A stretch of DNA of 59,925 bases. Source: Candidatus Aquivivens invisus. Lineage in GTDB: Bacteria > Omnitrophota > Gorgyraeia > Aquiviventales > Aquiviventaceae. The notes under the pieces are model-generated. The model saw only the letters and a program-made list of their open reading frames with translations, had not been told where the DNA came from and searched no databases. The stretch spans positions 1-59,925 of the forward strand of contig MHGA01000041.1 in assembly GCA_001804415.1 (NCBI GenBank), given 5' to 3'. Position 1 is the stretch's first letter. The number at the start of each line of letters is the position of its first letter. The position numbers and the translations under genes are program-made. Shown here in pieces: positions 51,295-59,861 of the stretch.

Positions 51295-52314
51295 TCAGCG
51301 TTTCGATACCAGGCGATAGACGACGGGCCGCGTCGTCGACTTCTCGACGACCCGTTTGCCCACGAGCGGGCGCAGGACTCGATACACCTGCACCCGTTCG
51401 ACCCCCAGCAAGCGCTGCAGCTCTTCGACCGTCATGCCCTGCCGTCCGCGTAGCTCAAGCAGGAGCCGCTCCTGCTGCCGGGTCAGCGAGAGGCCCTTGG
51501 CTGAAGGCGGGAGTGCGAGCCGTTCAATCCGTTGGGATGTGCGGCCCAGCGTGTCCAGGACTGCCAGCGCGACGTACTCCAGCCACGAAGTCAGATTCTC
51601 ATTTTCTTTGCGAACCCGTTGAAGGGCGTGATAGTAGCCCTCATGATCTTCTTGAAAATACTGGTCCACGGCAAAGAGGTGTTGCGTATCAAAACCTCGG
51701 TGGTAGAGCACCCAGGTTGCCAGCGCCCGAGCCACTCGGCCATTGCCATCTCGGAATGGGTGCAGCCTCGCAATCTCGTAGTGGGCACAGGCGGAGGCAA
51801 TAATCGGGTGTGTAGAGCTGGCGGTCATATCAAGCCATTGCGCTAACGCCTCAGTACCTGGAGCGGCCGCTCCGGGTCCTGGCGGCTCGTAGACCACCCG
51901 ACCGGCTGACATGATGACATTGCGCGATCGCTTGAACGCACCCACCTGGGCGGGCGGCAGCAGACCGGTTGTGACGAGCCGGTGGAGCCGCAAGATCCCC
52001 TCCACCGTAATCCGCTTCCCTTGGGGCTGGCGCGCAATCCAACGCAGCACCGCGAAATAATTGAGGACCTCCTGCTTGGCTCGATCGGTCGCGGATACCT
52101 GCTTGGCTCCTGCCAACGCTTCAACCTCAGGGAGGGTCAGCGGGTTGCCTTCGATGGCGGTGGAAAAGTGGGCCCGCCGTACCAGCGCGTCTAACCGAAT
52201 GCTCTCCAGCCAGGCCACCTGGACCGGGGCGGCCTGAATCTTTGTCCGGAGCGCTTCGGCCTCGCTGATTCGCGCGAGTAGTACCTCTGTGATGGTGTAC
52301 GGCGGCTGATACAT
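51295..52314 (-). CDS. Fic domain protein (class II, autoinhibitory motif) with C-terminal HTH
   Basis: HPFRDGNGRVAR catalytic motif; STAIEGN inhibitory motif. Confidence 0.92.
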   Translation of the reverse strand: MYQPPYTITEVLLARISEAEALRTKIQAAPVQVAWLESIRLDALVRRAHFSTAIEGNPLTLPEVEALAGAKQVSATDRAKQEVLNYFAVLRWIARQPQGKRITVEGILRLHRLVTTGLLPPAQVGAFKRSRNVIMSAGRVVYEPPGPGAAAPGTEALAQWLDMTASSTHPIIASACAHYEIARLHPFRDGNGRVARALATWVLYHRGFDTQHLFAVDQYFQEDHEGYYHALQRVRKENENLTSWLEYVALAVLDTLGRTSQRIERLALPPSAKGLSLTRQQERLLLELRGRQGMTVEELQRLLGVERVQVYRVLRPLVGKRVVEKSTTRPVVYRLVSKR

Positions 52315-52407
52315 CTTGTGTATCCTTTGTGTATCACCAGTGTAGCCGAACTAACCGAGGGACGCAACAAGAAACGGGTGAGCGGGCCGGGGAGCAAGGC
52401 CGAAGGC

Positions 52408-52493
52408 CCCGGATCAGTCCGCCTGATGCGCCTGCCGGGCACATCAGCGTGGGGCGCCAGTTGGACAAGCACCGATTCCTCAGAAATTGGTCC
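52408..52493. repeat. Boundary repeat A1
   Basis: 52453-52493 is 39/41 identical to 56293-56333; also shares cccggatcagtcc..ctgatgcgc. Confidence 0.85.
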
Positions 52494-52523
52494 TGTGCCG
52501 TACGCGGCGGAGGCCCCTCAGCG

Positions 52524-53387
52524 CTAGGAATCAACCTTGAGGCGATGGTATCTTGAGTCGACGATCTCAGTAAACTTGCCTCGAAAAGCGGCCGGCAGAC
52601 GGTTGGCCTCGATCAGCTGCTTCATGCGACTGAGCTTGCCGACGAATTTCTGATAGCGGACTTTCTCCGGGATTTCCAAGGTGTCCGCGAATGCGTCGAC
52701 ATCATTCCGTGTGAGGTGGTTCCGTTTCCCATGCAGCGTCAGCGCAGAGTCTTCCTCGCCCGGGATGACCAGCTTGGTGCACACCAGATCGTACGCCGGA
52801 GCGAGACGAACCCCATCACCTTGGTACGTGATCGAATAGTTTTGAAAATGCGCATCGCCATTGCCGATCAAAAAGTTCAGGACGACACGCTCAAAGAACA
52901 GCTGTACGTCCAGCCCTGGCACGGCAGAAATGTCTTTCAGCTTCTTGCCGATCTCTTCCAGAGACCCTGCGTACTTATCCTTCTTCTCGAGGATTTGGTA
53001 GAAATTCTCTTGGTGGATCTTTTCCTTCCCAACCCGATCAAAGCGCTTGACCACATAGGCCAGGGTCTTGTCTGTTAAGGGTAAGAGGCAATGCGGTGGC
53101 ACCTCGATCTCCAGCTCCATCGCGATATCCATGCAACAGTTCTCGTTTTCCGGGACATGGGGATACTGTTGGATCTGCGGCTTCAGAATGTACTCCCCGC
53201 CTTCCACGACCGGAACCAGTTCAGCTTGAGATTTATTGAGTTGGAGCGATAATTTCGGTTGGACGCCGGAAATGGACATCTTCCCCACCATGGCTTGTGC
53301 GCGCAGCGGGATGTCCATGAGGGACAACGGAATGGTAGGCTCTACATCGAGATTGAACATGGCCTTGACCGATGTTACGTCAACCAT
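52524..53387 (-). CDS. HipA-family kinase, C-terminal core (HipT-like)
   Basis: SISGVQPK loop, YILKP, RFDR, GNGDAH.QN and LAPAYD motifs. Confidence 0.9.
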   Translation of the reverse strand: MVDVTSVKAMFNLDVEPTIPLSLMDIPLRAQAMVGKMSISGVQPKLSLQLNKSQAELVPVVEGGEYILKPQIQQYPHVPENENCCMDIAMELEIEVPPHCLLPLTDKTLAYVVKRFDRVGKEKIHQENFYQILEKKDKYAGSLEEIGKKLKDISAVPGLDVQLFFERVVLNFLIGNGDAHFQNYSITYQGDGVRLAPAYDLVCTKLVIPGEEDSALTLHGKRNHLTRNDVDAFADTLEIPEKVRYQKFVGKLSRMKQLIEANRLPAAFRGKFTEIVDSRYHRLKVDS

Positions 53388-53400
53388 CGTGCACCCGCCC

Positions 53401-53730
53401 TTACTCTTCAGCTTTATGCACGGTCACCGCACCAATCGTATCTGCCGTGGTCGCCAGGAGAATGCCGAACGCATCCTGCGCATCGATCTTGGCGGTAGCG
53501 CTCACAATCGCCAGGTACCATCCCTCAGGCAAGAGACCCCGAAAGAAGCTGAACAGCTCTCGCGATTCGTAGGGCTCCTCGCGCAATGGCAGCGACATCG
53601 AGATGGGCGCTCCCGTGCGCAGGTACGCGGGATCGTACTGGAACTGGTACCCCGTCGCCGTCTCTGATAAGTAGCCGGCAACCTGATCCTTGTACTTAAC
53701 CTTGGCTCTTCGAAACGACTCTGGGCTCAT
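53401..53730 (-). CDS. HipA N-terminal subdomain protein (HipS-like)
   Basis: AG.L.E...GY.FQY...Y, IS.SLP, FF.GLLPEGW and D.IGAV motifs. Confidence 0.88.
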   Translation of the reverse strand: MSPESFRRAKVKYKDQVAGYLSETATGYQFQYDPAYLRTGAPISMSLPLREEPYESRELFSFFRGLLPEGWYLAIVSATAKIDAQDAFGILLATTADTIGAVTVHKAEE

Positions 53731-53923
53731 GGTTCGACACAATCTCCAGATGATGCCCGAGGAATTTCAAGACCTGGTTCACCTTATCGAGGCGGACACT
53801 GGGCTTGCCCTGTTCGAGGTCGCGAATAAACCGCAAGCCGACCCCCACTCGTTTTGAAAATTCCACTTGAGTGAGTCCGGATCGCTTGCGCAGTTCCTTG
53901 ATCTTCTTGCTGAGTGGAGTCAT
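53696..53923 (-). CDS. XRE HTH regulator (HipB/y4mF-like)
   Basis: RK..GLTQ.E.S...GVGLRFIRDLEQGK.S.R.DKVNQVL. Confidence 0.9.
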   Translation of the reverse strand: MTPLSKKIKELRKRSGLTQVEFSKRVGVGLRFIRDLEQGKPSVRLDKVNQVLKFLGHHLEIVSNHEPRVVSKSQG

Positions 53924-53934
53924 GCTATCAATTC

Positions 53935-54066
53935 TATATCATATCAGGTATAATTTCAAGCCTATAATACATTAACTATACCCTTAATGATATAACAATA
54001 TTAGTACTATACCCTATAAGGTATACATTTTGTGCATTGAAATGTAAATAGGCTCTAAAGGGTATA
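53935..54066. promoter_or_regulatory. Four TATACC-N6-GGTATA-type operators upstream of hipBST
   Basis: 53935-53952, 53977-53994, 54008-54025 (perfect) and 54049-54066 in an AT-rich promoter region. Confidence 0.75.
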
Positions 54067-54178
54067 ATTATACGCTTGGTGAGCTGGTGTCTGTGACGTC
54101 CAACGCCAGACTGGAGCGCCACCAGAGCCCTCTCGTGTGGAGCCCGGACATGGCGGAGGCTGCCGAGCAGCCGCCCCA

Positions 54179-54219
54179 CATGATCTTCCTCTCCCCATCC
54201 CTCGTGGTCTACCGCAGGC
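54179..54219 (-). repeat. Direct repeat P2 (decayed -10)
   Basis: 35/41 identical to 51241-51281. Confidence 0.8.
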
Positions 54220-54235
54220 GCCGTCGGTTCAACCT

Positions 54236-55102
54236 TCAAGCAAACAGCGTGGCGACCTGCGGACGAAGCTCCTCGATCACCGTCGTGTAGGGTGGGAGCT
54301 TCGGTACCAGCGGCCCGAGCCACTGCGTCCACGTCTGCTCCACGCCTGCCAGCATGGTCTCGGGAAAGAAGCTCTCTGGCCCTGTAAATGTCACGTCACG
54401 GATCGCGCACTTTTTGCGCAAGAACATGGAAAATTCCGACAGGTCGAGGCGATCTCGATAGGTGCCGAGGATCCTCCAGAGGTCGTAGTAGTCCCGCGCG
54501 CGGGAGCGCGCCCAGCCCCGACGTTCAAGGGCGCGCTGATGCTGCAGGATGGCCCGCAGCTTCTCCGCCACGATCTCCTCCAGCGGGTAGACCGGCACCT
54601 GGGCATTCAGCGGTTCGCCGTAGTCATGGAGCACAGCGCGCCGCAGCGGCGGTTTCAGCAACGGTTCATCCACTGCGATCTCGACCATCACGTGCGCCTG
54701 AGGCTGTCGGTGCCACGGGAACCGCGCCCGGATGTCGAAAGCCTCCTGGCCGCCCGGATGCGGCTCGCGCTCGACGTGCCGCTCGCAGACAATGTCGACA
54801 GGTACGTAGGGATCGAGGAGCTTGACCGCTTGGGTACAGGCCCCCCGCATCGCAGACTCCATCGCAGCACCCGTCGGGACGGATTCCACGGCGGTAAAGT
54901 CCAGATCCTCGGAAAAGCGGTAGTCGCCGAAGTAGCATTTCTTGAGGGCGGTGCCACCCTTGAACACCAGCGTGTCGCGCAGGGCCTCCACCTGGGTGAC
55001 ACCGGCCAGCACCCACGAGAGGAGATAATCGCGTTCGAGCACCTCCCACGGCAGGCCCAGCCGCGTACGGGCTTCCTGCAGGCGAGTGCGCAGCGGCTTC
55101 AT
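54236..55102 (-). CDS. AbiEii/AbiGii nucleotidyltransferase toxin (type IV TA)
   Basis: ERDY.LSW, FKGGTALKK, RFSEDLDF, AEKLRA and RARDYYDL motifs. Confidence 0.93.
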   Translation of the reverse strand: MKPLRTRLQEARTRLGLPWEVLERDYLLSWVLAGVTQVEALRDTLVFKGGTALKKCYFGDYRFSEDLDFTAVESVPTGAAMESAMRGACTQAVKLLDPYVPVDIVCERHVEREPHPGGQEAFDIRARFPWHRQPQAHVMVEIAVDEPLLKPPLRRAVLHDYGEPLNAQVPVYPLEEIVAEKLRAILQHQRALERRGWARSRARDYYDLWRILGTYRDRLDLSEFSMFLRKKCAIRDVTFTGPESFFPETMLAGVEQTWTQWLGPLVPKLPPYTTVIEELRPQVATLFA

Positions 55103-55962
55103 CCCACCGTCCCCGGGAGATTCACCTGGATCATCCAGCGGGCGTCATATGATCCGTGGCGTGGGCTGCTTGGATCGAGCACGCGGTAACCCTTCATGGG
55201 GACCGCCCCCAACGGCTCCAACCGGTCGGATGCGATCCCCTGCCGCTCCAAGATCCAGCCCAGGCGCTTGGCTGTGGCGGCGTCCAGCATGAGGGCATAG
55301 CGAATGATCCGCTCCACGTCGAGCTTGGGAGCCCGGACTTCAAAGCCATGGAGCACCTCGGCGAAGTCACCGCAGTATCGCGGCGCCATCAGCCCATCCA
55401 GGAGGGTCCGCTCCGGATCGGTGATCGCGATCCTGGACTCCTGCACCCAGACCTCCTCGATTCCGAAGAACCGCTCCGGCTTGACCTGCACGAATTGATA
55501 GGTCGCAGCACCCACTGGATAGCTTGCCCCTCCCTGCTTGCCTCCGGCAACCGCAGGCAGGTCGGTGCGGACCGCCTTCGCGCCACGTAGGCGGGGCACC
55601 GAGCGCGCGGAGGTCAGCACGAACACCCGCCGCGGCACCTGGTCCGTCAGCCCATGATGGCTCATCGCCGACCAGTGGCTGATCGCCGCCGGCTCAACCA
55701 GCGCCATCGCAATCTCGAACTCGTGCAGTGGGATCGTCCCTGGCACCGCGCCCGAGAGCACGTAGAGCCCCTTCTTCAACCGGACAATCCATCCAGATCG
55801 GGCGAGGTGATGCAGCGCCTCGCGAAAGTAGCCAGACGACAGGCCCACCGATGGAGCGACCCTGCGCGCTGCCTCAGCGGTGAAGACGCGTAGCCCTTCC
55901 GCCGACAGCTTCCTGACAAGTTCAACCCCTGATGTTGTATGGGTGAGCTGTTCTATTGTCAT
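55099..55962 (-). CDS. AbiEi antitoxin / transcriptional regulator (type IV TA)
   Basis: wHTH W..RL.KGLY, IS.WSA...HGLT.Q.P, TDPERT..D and KRLG.I motifs. Confidence 0.9.
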   Translation of the reverse strand: MTIEQLTHTTSGVELVRKLSAEGLRVFTAEAARRVAPSVGLSSGYFREALHHLARSGWIVRLKKGLYVLSGAVPGTIPLHEFEIAMALVEPAAISHWSAMSHHGLTDQVPRRVFVLTSARSVPRLRGAKAVRTDLPAVAGGKQGGASYPVGAATYQFVQVKPERFFGIEEVWVQESRIAITDPERTLLDGLMAPRYCGDFAEVLHGFEVRAPKLDVERIIRYALMLDAATAKRLGWILERQGIASDRLEPLGAVPMKGYRVLDPSSPRHGSYDARWMIQVNLPGTVG

Positions 55963-56053
55963 GGCTTGTCCTTGATATAAAGTATACGTCAATAATTTGT
56001 TACTGTCAAACAATAGCCTGTAATAATATAGCTATGTAAGATTGGCCACGCAT

Positions 56054-56082
56054 AAAAAAACCCGGATCCACAGGGACCCGAG
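56054..56082 (-). terminator. Rho-independent terminator
   Basis: ctcgggtcc-ctgt-ggatccggg followed by T7 on the minus strand. Confidence 0.8.
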
Positions 56083-56118
56083 GGCTGCGAAACGCGAGGT
56101 TCCGCAGGGATGCAACCG
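56054..56118 (-). ncRNA. Candidate ~65-nt small RNA or attenuator
   Basis: TTGACG-17 bp-CACAAT (56124-56152), then hairpin ctgcggaac..gtttcgcag, then terminator; no convincing ORF within the span. Confidence 0.45.
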
Positions 56119-56221
56119 TATGTATTGTGATCTAAAACTGGGGGTGCGTCAACCTCTGTTTCGGCCTCACCCCAAGTATGCCTGAATTCTAGCCTGAACT
56201 TTAATGTTCTGAAAGGGTTCG

Positions 56222-56333
56222 CAAATATGCCAGCCCGGATCAGTCCCACCTGATGCGCGGCGCGCATCAACGCTGGTGGGACTTCGCGAGGCGGCGCCAG
56301 TTGGGCAAGCGCCGATTCCTCAGAAATTGGTCC
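56222..56333. repeat. Boundary repeat A2 with an inserted palindrome
   Basis: caaatatgccagcccggatcag..ggcgccagttgggcaagcgccgattcctcagaaattggtcc; insert agtcccacc..ggtgggact. Confidence 0.85.
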
Positions 56334-56371
56334 GGTGTCCCCGGACTCTTGTGATTTTCCTTTCCATTCGA

Positions 56372-56956
56372 TCAGAACTCAGCGCAACCCACAGTGGGGA
56401 TCGGCTCCCTCGAGGGCTGGCAGTGGGCATCCGACGCTTCCAACAAGGAGGATCCGTCTTGGCCCGTCACCGACCGGTCCTCCAGCAGGCAATCGTCCGT
56501 CGGGGCGTGGGCAAAGGTGATGCCGTTCCAGGGGTAGAGTTGCTGCGTGCGTTTCCCCGCCACGTAGTCCGGCTCGTAGTCGGACCGCTCGAGCACGATG
56601 GTGGGGACTCCCCGTACCCGTACAAAATCCGTATTGGGCGTGCTGGACCCGCCGGCGAACAGGACCACCGACTTCCCCCTTTTCCACTGGATGGCTCGTG
56701 CCTGGCTGCCGTGTGATCCGGCTGCGAAGGTGAACACCGCTTCCTGAGACCCGTCCCCATCCAGATCGAGCAGTGAGGCCGCGCACATACTGTTGAAACC
56801 GCCCTCTTCTGCGATTGTTCGCTCGATGACACCCCGGACCTGCGACCTGTTCGGTGCGGATGCGGCCTGAACCCCTGTGGGGTGCAGTAGGAAGCCTAGC
56901 ATTCCCAGCGTGGCGACTATTCCCCCAATTTTCATTGACGATAGGTTTCCTGCCAT
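56372..56956 (-). CDS. Exported hypothetical protein with a DxDGDG Ca-binding-like motif
   Basis: Signal peptide; LDLDGDGSQE motif. Confidence 0.55.
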   Translation of the reverse strand: MAGNLSSMKIGGIVATLGMLGFLLHPTGVQAASAPNRSQVRGVIERTIAEEGGFNSMCAASLLDLDGDGSQEAVFTFAAGSHGSQARAIQWKRGKSVVLFAGGSSTPNTDFVRVRGVPTIVLERSDYEPDYVAGKRTQQLYPWNGITFAHAPTDDCLLEDRSVTGQDGSSLLEASDAHCQPSREPIPTVGCAEF

Positions 56957-56999
56957 TTGGCTGTGGATTGATGGATCAGGTCCTTGCGCTCAACAGCGT

Positions 57000-57296
57000 T
57001 CATTCTCCCACGTGATGCCAATCTTCTTCTTTCACACCCCGCAGGAAGGCGGCGATCTCCCTTATTGCGCCGTGTTGGTCTGCCCACTTGATATGTTCTT
57101 CAAGTCGACCCATCTTGAGCATCGCTGGCGTCTCATACCATGCAGCTGGAATCAACGGCGCTGGCAGCTCCCAGCCAAGACCGATTCGTTTACGATCCGG
57201 CAAGGATTCCCACAGCTGATTCCAGAGTGTCGGCTTAGGGCATGCACGCTCGTTTGCACGGCAGTAAGCAATGAGGCTATCAACCGTCTCGCTCAT
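57000..57296 (-). CDS. Hypothetical protein
   Basis: Intact 98-aa ORF; CP.P..W..LW..LP, P.PLI..AW and RL..HI.WA patterns look family-like. Confidence 0.7.
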   Translation of the reverse strand: MSETVDSLIAYCRANERACPKPTLWNQLWESLPDRKRIGLGWELPAPLIPAAWYETPAMLKMGRLEEHIKWADQHGAIREIAAFLRGVKEEDWHHVGE

Positions 57297-57314
57297 GCGC
57301 AGATAGAAGGCGTT

Positions 57315-57345
57315 CCAAATATACCAGCCCAGATCAGCTAGGCGG
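57315..57345 (-). repeat. Boundary repeat A3 with extended -10 TGGTATATT
   Basis: 28/31 identical to 59862-59892. Confidence 0.8.
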
Positions 57346-57397
57346 GCCGACGTAGGAGGTCTCCGATTTTCCCCTGCGCTTCCCTCAACGTGTCCCT

Positions 57398-57420
57398 TCG
57401 GAACCCGGTACGGGTTTTCC
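57398..57420. repeat. 23-bp hairpin direct repeat B1
   Basis: tcggaacccggtacgggttttcc, identical at 59624-59646. Confidence 0.9.
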
Positions 57421-57434
57421 CCGGCTCCGGGTTG

Positions 57435-58778
57435 TCAACCAGAATGGCTGAGCTGGCGCTTCAGGAACTGCTCAATGATCGGCTGGACGACCCGCTCTTT
57501 GTGAAGCTCGAAATAATCGAACAACACCGTCAACTCAGAAACCGCTGCGTGAACCAAATCAACGAGCTTGGACTCGATATCCCCAAGGCGCTCTCGAACG
57601 CTGGTTTCCATTTCGTTCTCGACGCACACGCGGCGCTCGAGGCTGTCAAACCCCGCTGCTCGCTCCGGATGCGCGGCGGTCAGGACGCGCCCGCGCAGCC
57701 CGGTGTATCGGATCCGTACGACGACGTGCTCGTTCTCCTGGATTCCCAACGCCCCATACAGCCGGCGAATCCTCAAGAGCGTCTCAGCCGTCCGGACGAT
57801 GCGCGTATCCAGGAAAATCTTGCCTTCCGATCTGGTATCCTCAAACAGCGTTTTCAGCAGGAAAAACGCCAGGTCGCTTCTGAGCGCCCAGTAATCATAC
57901 TGCGACTTGTCATCCACGAGGACGCTGGCGCGGATGCCATCCTGATAGGCCTTCGGCTCAAACTCCGGTCGACTCATGACCACCCCAATCGGCCAGCCAA
58001 ACGCACGGATCTGCGTCTTCTCCATCGCTTGCCGCAGTTCCTGCTGTCTGACCCGGAGAGTCTCTCCGGTAGCGCGTCGCCAATAATCTTGCTGTGCATT
58101 GACCACTTTGTCTGGACAATACGCCGTGACCTCCATGAGGCATTTGTCCAGTTGGTTCGTCTTGGCCACCTGCACGGCTGCGCGGCGCTCCTGCTCGACC
58201 CAGGTATTCAGCTCCGCGTAGTCTTCGGCGACCTTCTGTTCCCCCGTCCTGGCCTTGCGGGACGGCCGCAGGATGATATCGAAGTCGCAATTGGCCGCCT
58301 TGGCGAACTTCCGAAGATAGTCCAGGGTGGGTTTTTCACGCCCGCTCTCGATGCCGGAGACAAACTGCTGGCTGCAGCCCAAGGCGCCGGCCAGCGCCTC
58401 CTGGGACAAGTTTGCTTCCTCCCGGCAGGACCGAAGCCTGGCCAATACATCGTTGGTGAACGGGTCCGGCTCGCGCGGTGCTTCCTGTCGCACGCGCACG
58501 CCGGCTTCGCGCAATTCTCGGAGATGGCGCTCATACGTCGCTCGCCAAAACGCCGCCTGATCCTTCGTCCATTCATCCTTGCTGATTTCACGTTGGATCG
58601 CACGGAATCGCCGGCAGAAAGCCAGCGGCGTGATGAGCGCGAAGACCTCATCAGGATCCTTGGTCCTGGCGAGCAGCTTGCCAGCCACCCGCGCAAACCT
58701 CGGGTTGCGGTCATCGACCAGGATGGCCTTGATGGTCTCGAACGGGAGCCGCAGATCCCAATACCAGTTGGTAGTCAT
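57435..58778 (-). CDS. Three-part protein: N-terminal helical domain, XRE HTH, uncharacterised C-terminal domain
   Basis: ATG at 58778 overlaps the toxin stop (ATGA); central REEANLSQEALA.ALGCSQQFVS.IESG...PTL HTH. Confidence 0.75.
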   Translation of the reverse strand: MTTNWYWDLRLPFETIKAILVDDRNPRFARVAGKLLARTKDPDEVFALITPLAFCRRFRAIQREISKDEWTKDQAAFWRATYERHLRELREAGVRVRQEAPREPDPFTNDVLARLRSCREEANLSQEALAGALGCSQQFVSGIESGREKPTLDYLRKFAKAANCDFDIILRPSRKARTGEQKVAEDYAELNTWVEQERRAAVQVAKTNQLDKCLMEVTAYCPDKVVNAQQDYWRRATGETLRVRQQELRQAMEKTQIRAFGWPIGVVMSRPEFEPKAYQDGIRASVLVDDKSQYDYWALRSDLAFFLLKTLFEDTRSEGKIFLDTRIVRTAETLLRIRRLYGALGIQENEHVVVRIRYTGLRGRVLTAAHPERAAGFDSLERRVCVENEMETSVRERLGDIESKLVDLVHAAVSELTVLFDYFELHKERVVQPIIEQFLKRQLSHSG

Positions 58779-59470
58779 CGCGATACGTAGACTCGGTTGA
58801 GGCGATCGTAGATCTGATCCTCGAGGTGGCGAAGAATCCGTTTGGTGTCGCAGCCCGGTGCGACATCCAGCAGCGCAAACGCCGTATCCTGGCGCGTCAT
58901 CGCCTGCAGCCAGCGCGCCAGCCTGGCATAGTCCTCTCGGCCGAAATGCGCCGAGAACCACTCATGCAACGGGGCATGATGGACCGACAGATACCAGAGA
59001 TCAAACATGTCCTTGGCTTCCTGCCGACCCCCGGATAGCTCCTGCCCCGTAGATAGCGACTTGCTGCGCCACCCGATCACCGCGCGCAGCTTGCGCAGAT
59101 AAATGTCGTCAAGCGAGGCGATCCCATCCGGCCCGACCGGATGCAGCAAGCGGTCAACATCTTCGATCACGTCGACCTTGAGCAGATCCTTCGCGGTCAC
59201 CTGGAAATTATAGAAGGCCACTCCGGCCTGGCCCGACTTGCGCTGCTCCGAGATCAGCTTGGCGGAGAATCCTGTGGTTGCCGTGATTCGCTTGGCCAGC
59301 GTTCGATGAAGCGCCTTGGTCCACCGCTGGGTAAAGAAGTCCAGATCCTCCGAATCACGATGCCGGTAGCGCAGAGCTAACGCCGTTCCTCCAACCAGAT
59401 AGACCTTGCTGACGGAGGATACGACAGCTCGCAGGATCTGTTCCTGAGCCTTACGGAGTGCGTTCTTCAT
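58775..59470 (-). CDS. AbiEii/AbiGii-like nucleotidyltransferase
   Basis: YLVGGTALAL...HRDSEDLDFF, K..AV..R and KD.FDL motifs. Confidence 0.85.
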   Translation of the reverse strand: MKNALRKAQEQILRAVVSSVSKVYLVGGTALALRYRHRDSEDLDFFTQRWTKALHRTLAKRITATTGFSAKLISEQRKSGQAGVAFYNFQVTAKDLLKVDVIEDVDRLLHPVGPDGIASLDDIYLRKLRAVIGWRSKSLSTGQELSGGRQEAKDMFDLWYLSVHHAPLHEWFSAHFGREDYARLARWLQAMTRQDTAFALLDVAPGCDTKRILRHLEDQIYDRLNRVYVSR

Positions 59471-59475
59471 ATGAG

Positions 59476-59533
59476 ACTAGCTATAGCTAGTAAACAAGAA
59501 ATAATATATCATAATACACAAGCTATAGCTAGT
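59476..59533. promoter_or_regulatory. Two palindromic operators (ACTAGCTATAGCTAGT) flanking an extended -10
   Basis: Perfect 16-bp palindrome at 59476-59491; 15/16 copy at 59518-59533; TGATATATT between them on the minus strand. Confidence 0.7.
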
Positions 59534-59600
59534 TGTTTTAGAACAGCGTATTTCAGAAATTCCGGTGACGATACTTATTCAATTCAGAGCAACCGTTTTT

Positions 59601-59834
59601 TCATGAACGCGAAACCCGACCCGTCGGAACCCGGTACGGGTTTTCCGATTGCAATTGGGCATCGAGATTGGGGGGCCACGCCGCGCCGAGGGGAACACTT
59701 GTCGCCTCGGAGGAACGGCGTGGTCCGTCGACTCGTTCGACCGCCAGGACTGGCTGGCTGCTGAGCGCGAGGACCACCAGGGTGAGGAGCAGAATAACAC
59801 GCACGTTCACGTTCTTCTTCCTTCCAAGGAGCAT
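59601..59834 (-). CDS. Short ORF with a signal peptide, probably a truncated gene
   Basis: VRVILLLTLVVLALSSQPVLA; runs through repeat B2. Confidence 0.3.
   Translation of the reverse strand: MLLGRKKNVNVRVILLLTLVVLALSSQPVLAVERVDGPRRSSEATSVPLGAAWPPNLDAQLQSENPYRVPTGRVSRS
59624..59646. repeat. 23-bp hairpin direct repeat B2
   Basis: Identical to 57398-57420. Confidence 0.9.
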
Positions 59835-59861
59835 TCACCACCTGGAAAAACAGGAAACATC

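Noticed and set aside
56222-56235. TGGCA..TTGC in repeat A as a sigma54 promoter
   Set aside because: GG-to-GC spacing is 7 nt rather than the required 10.
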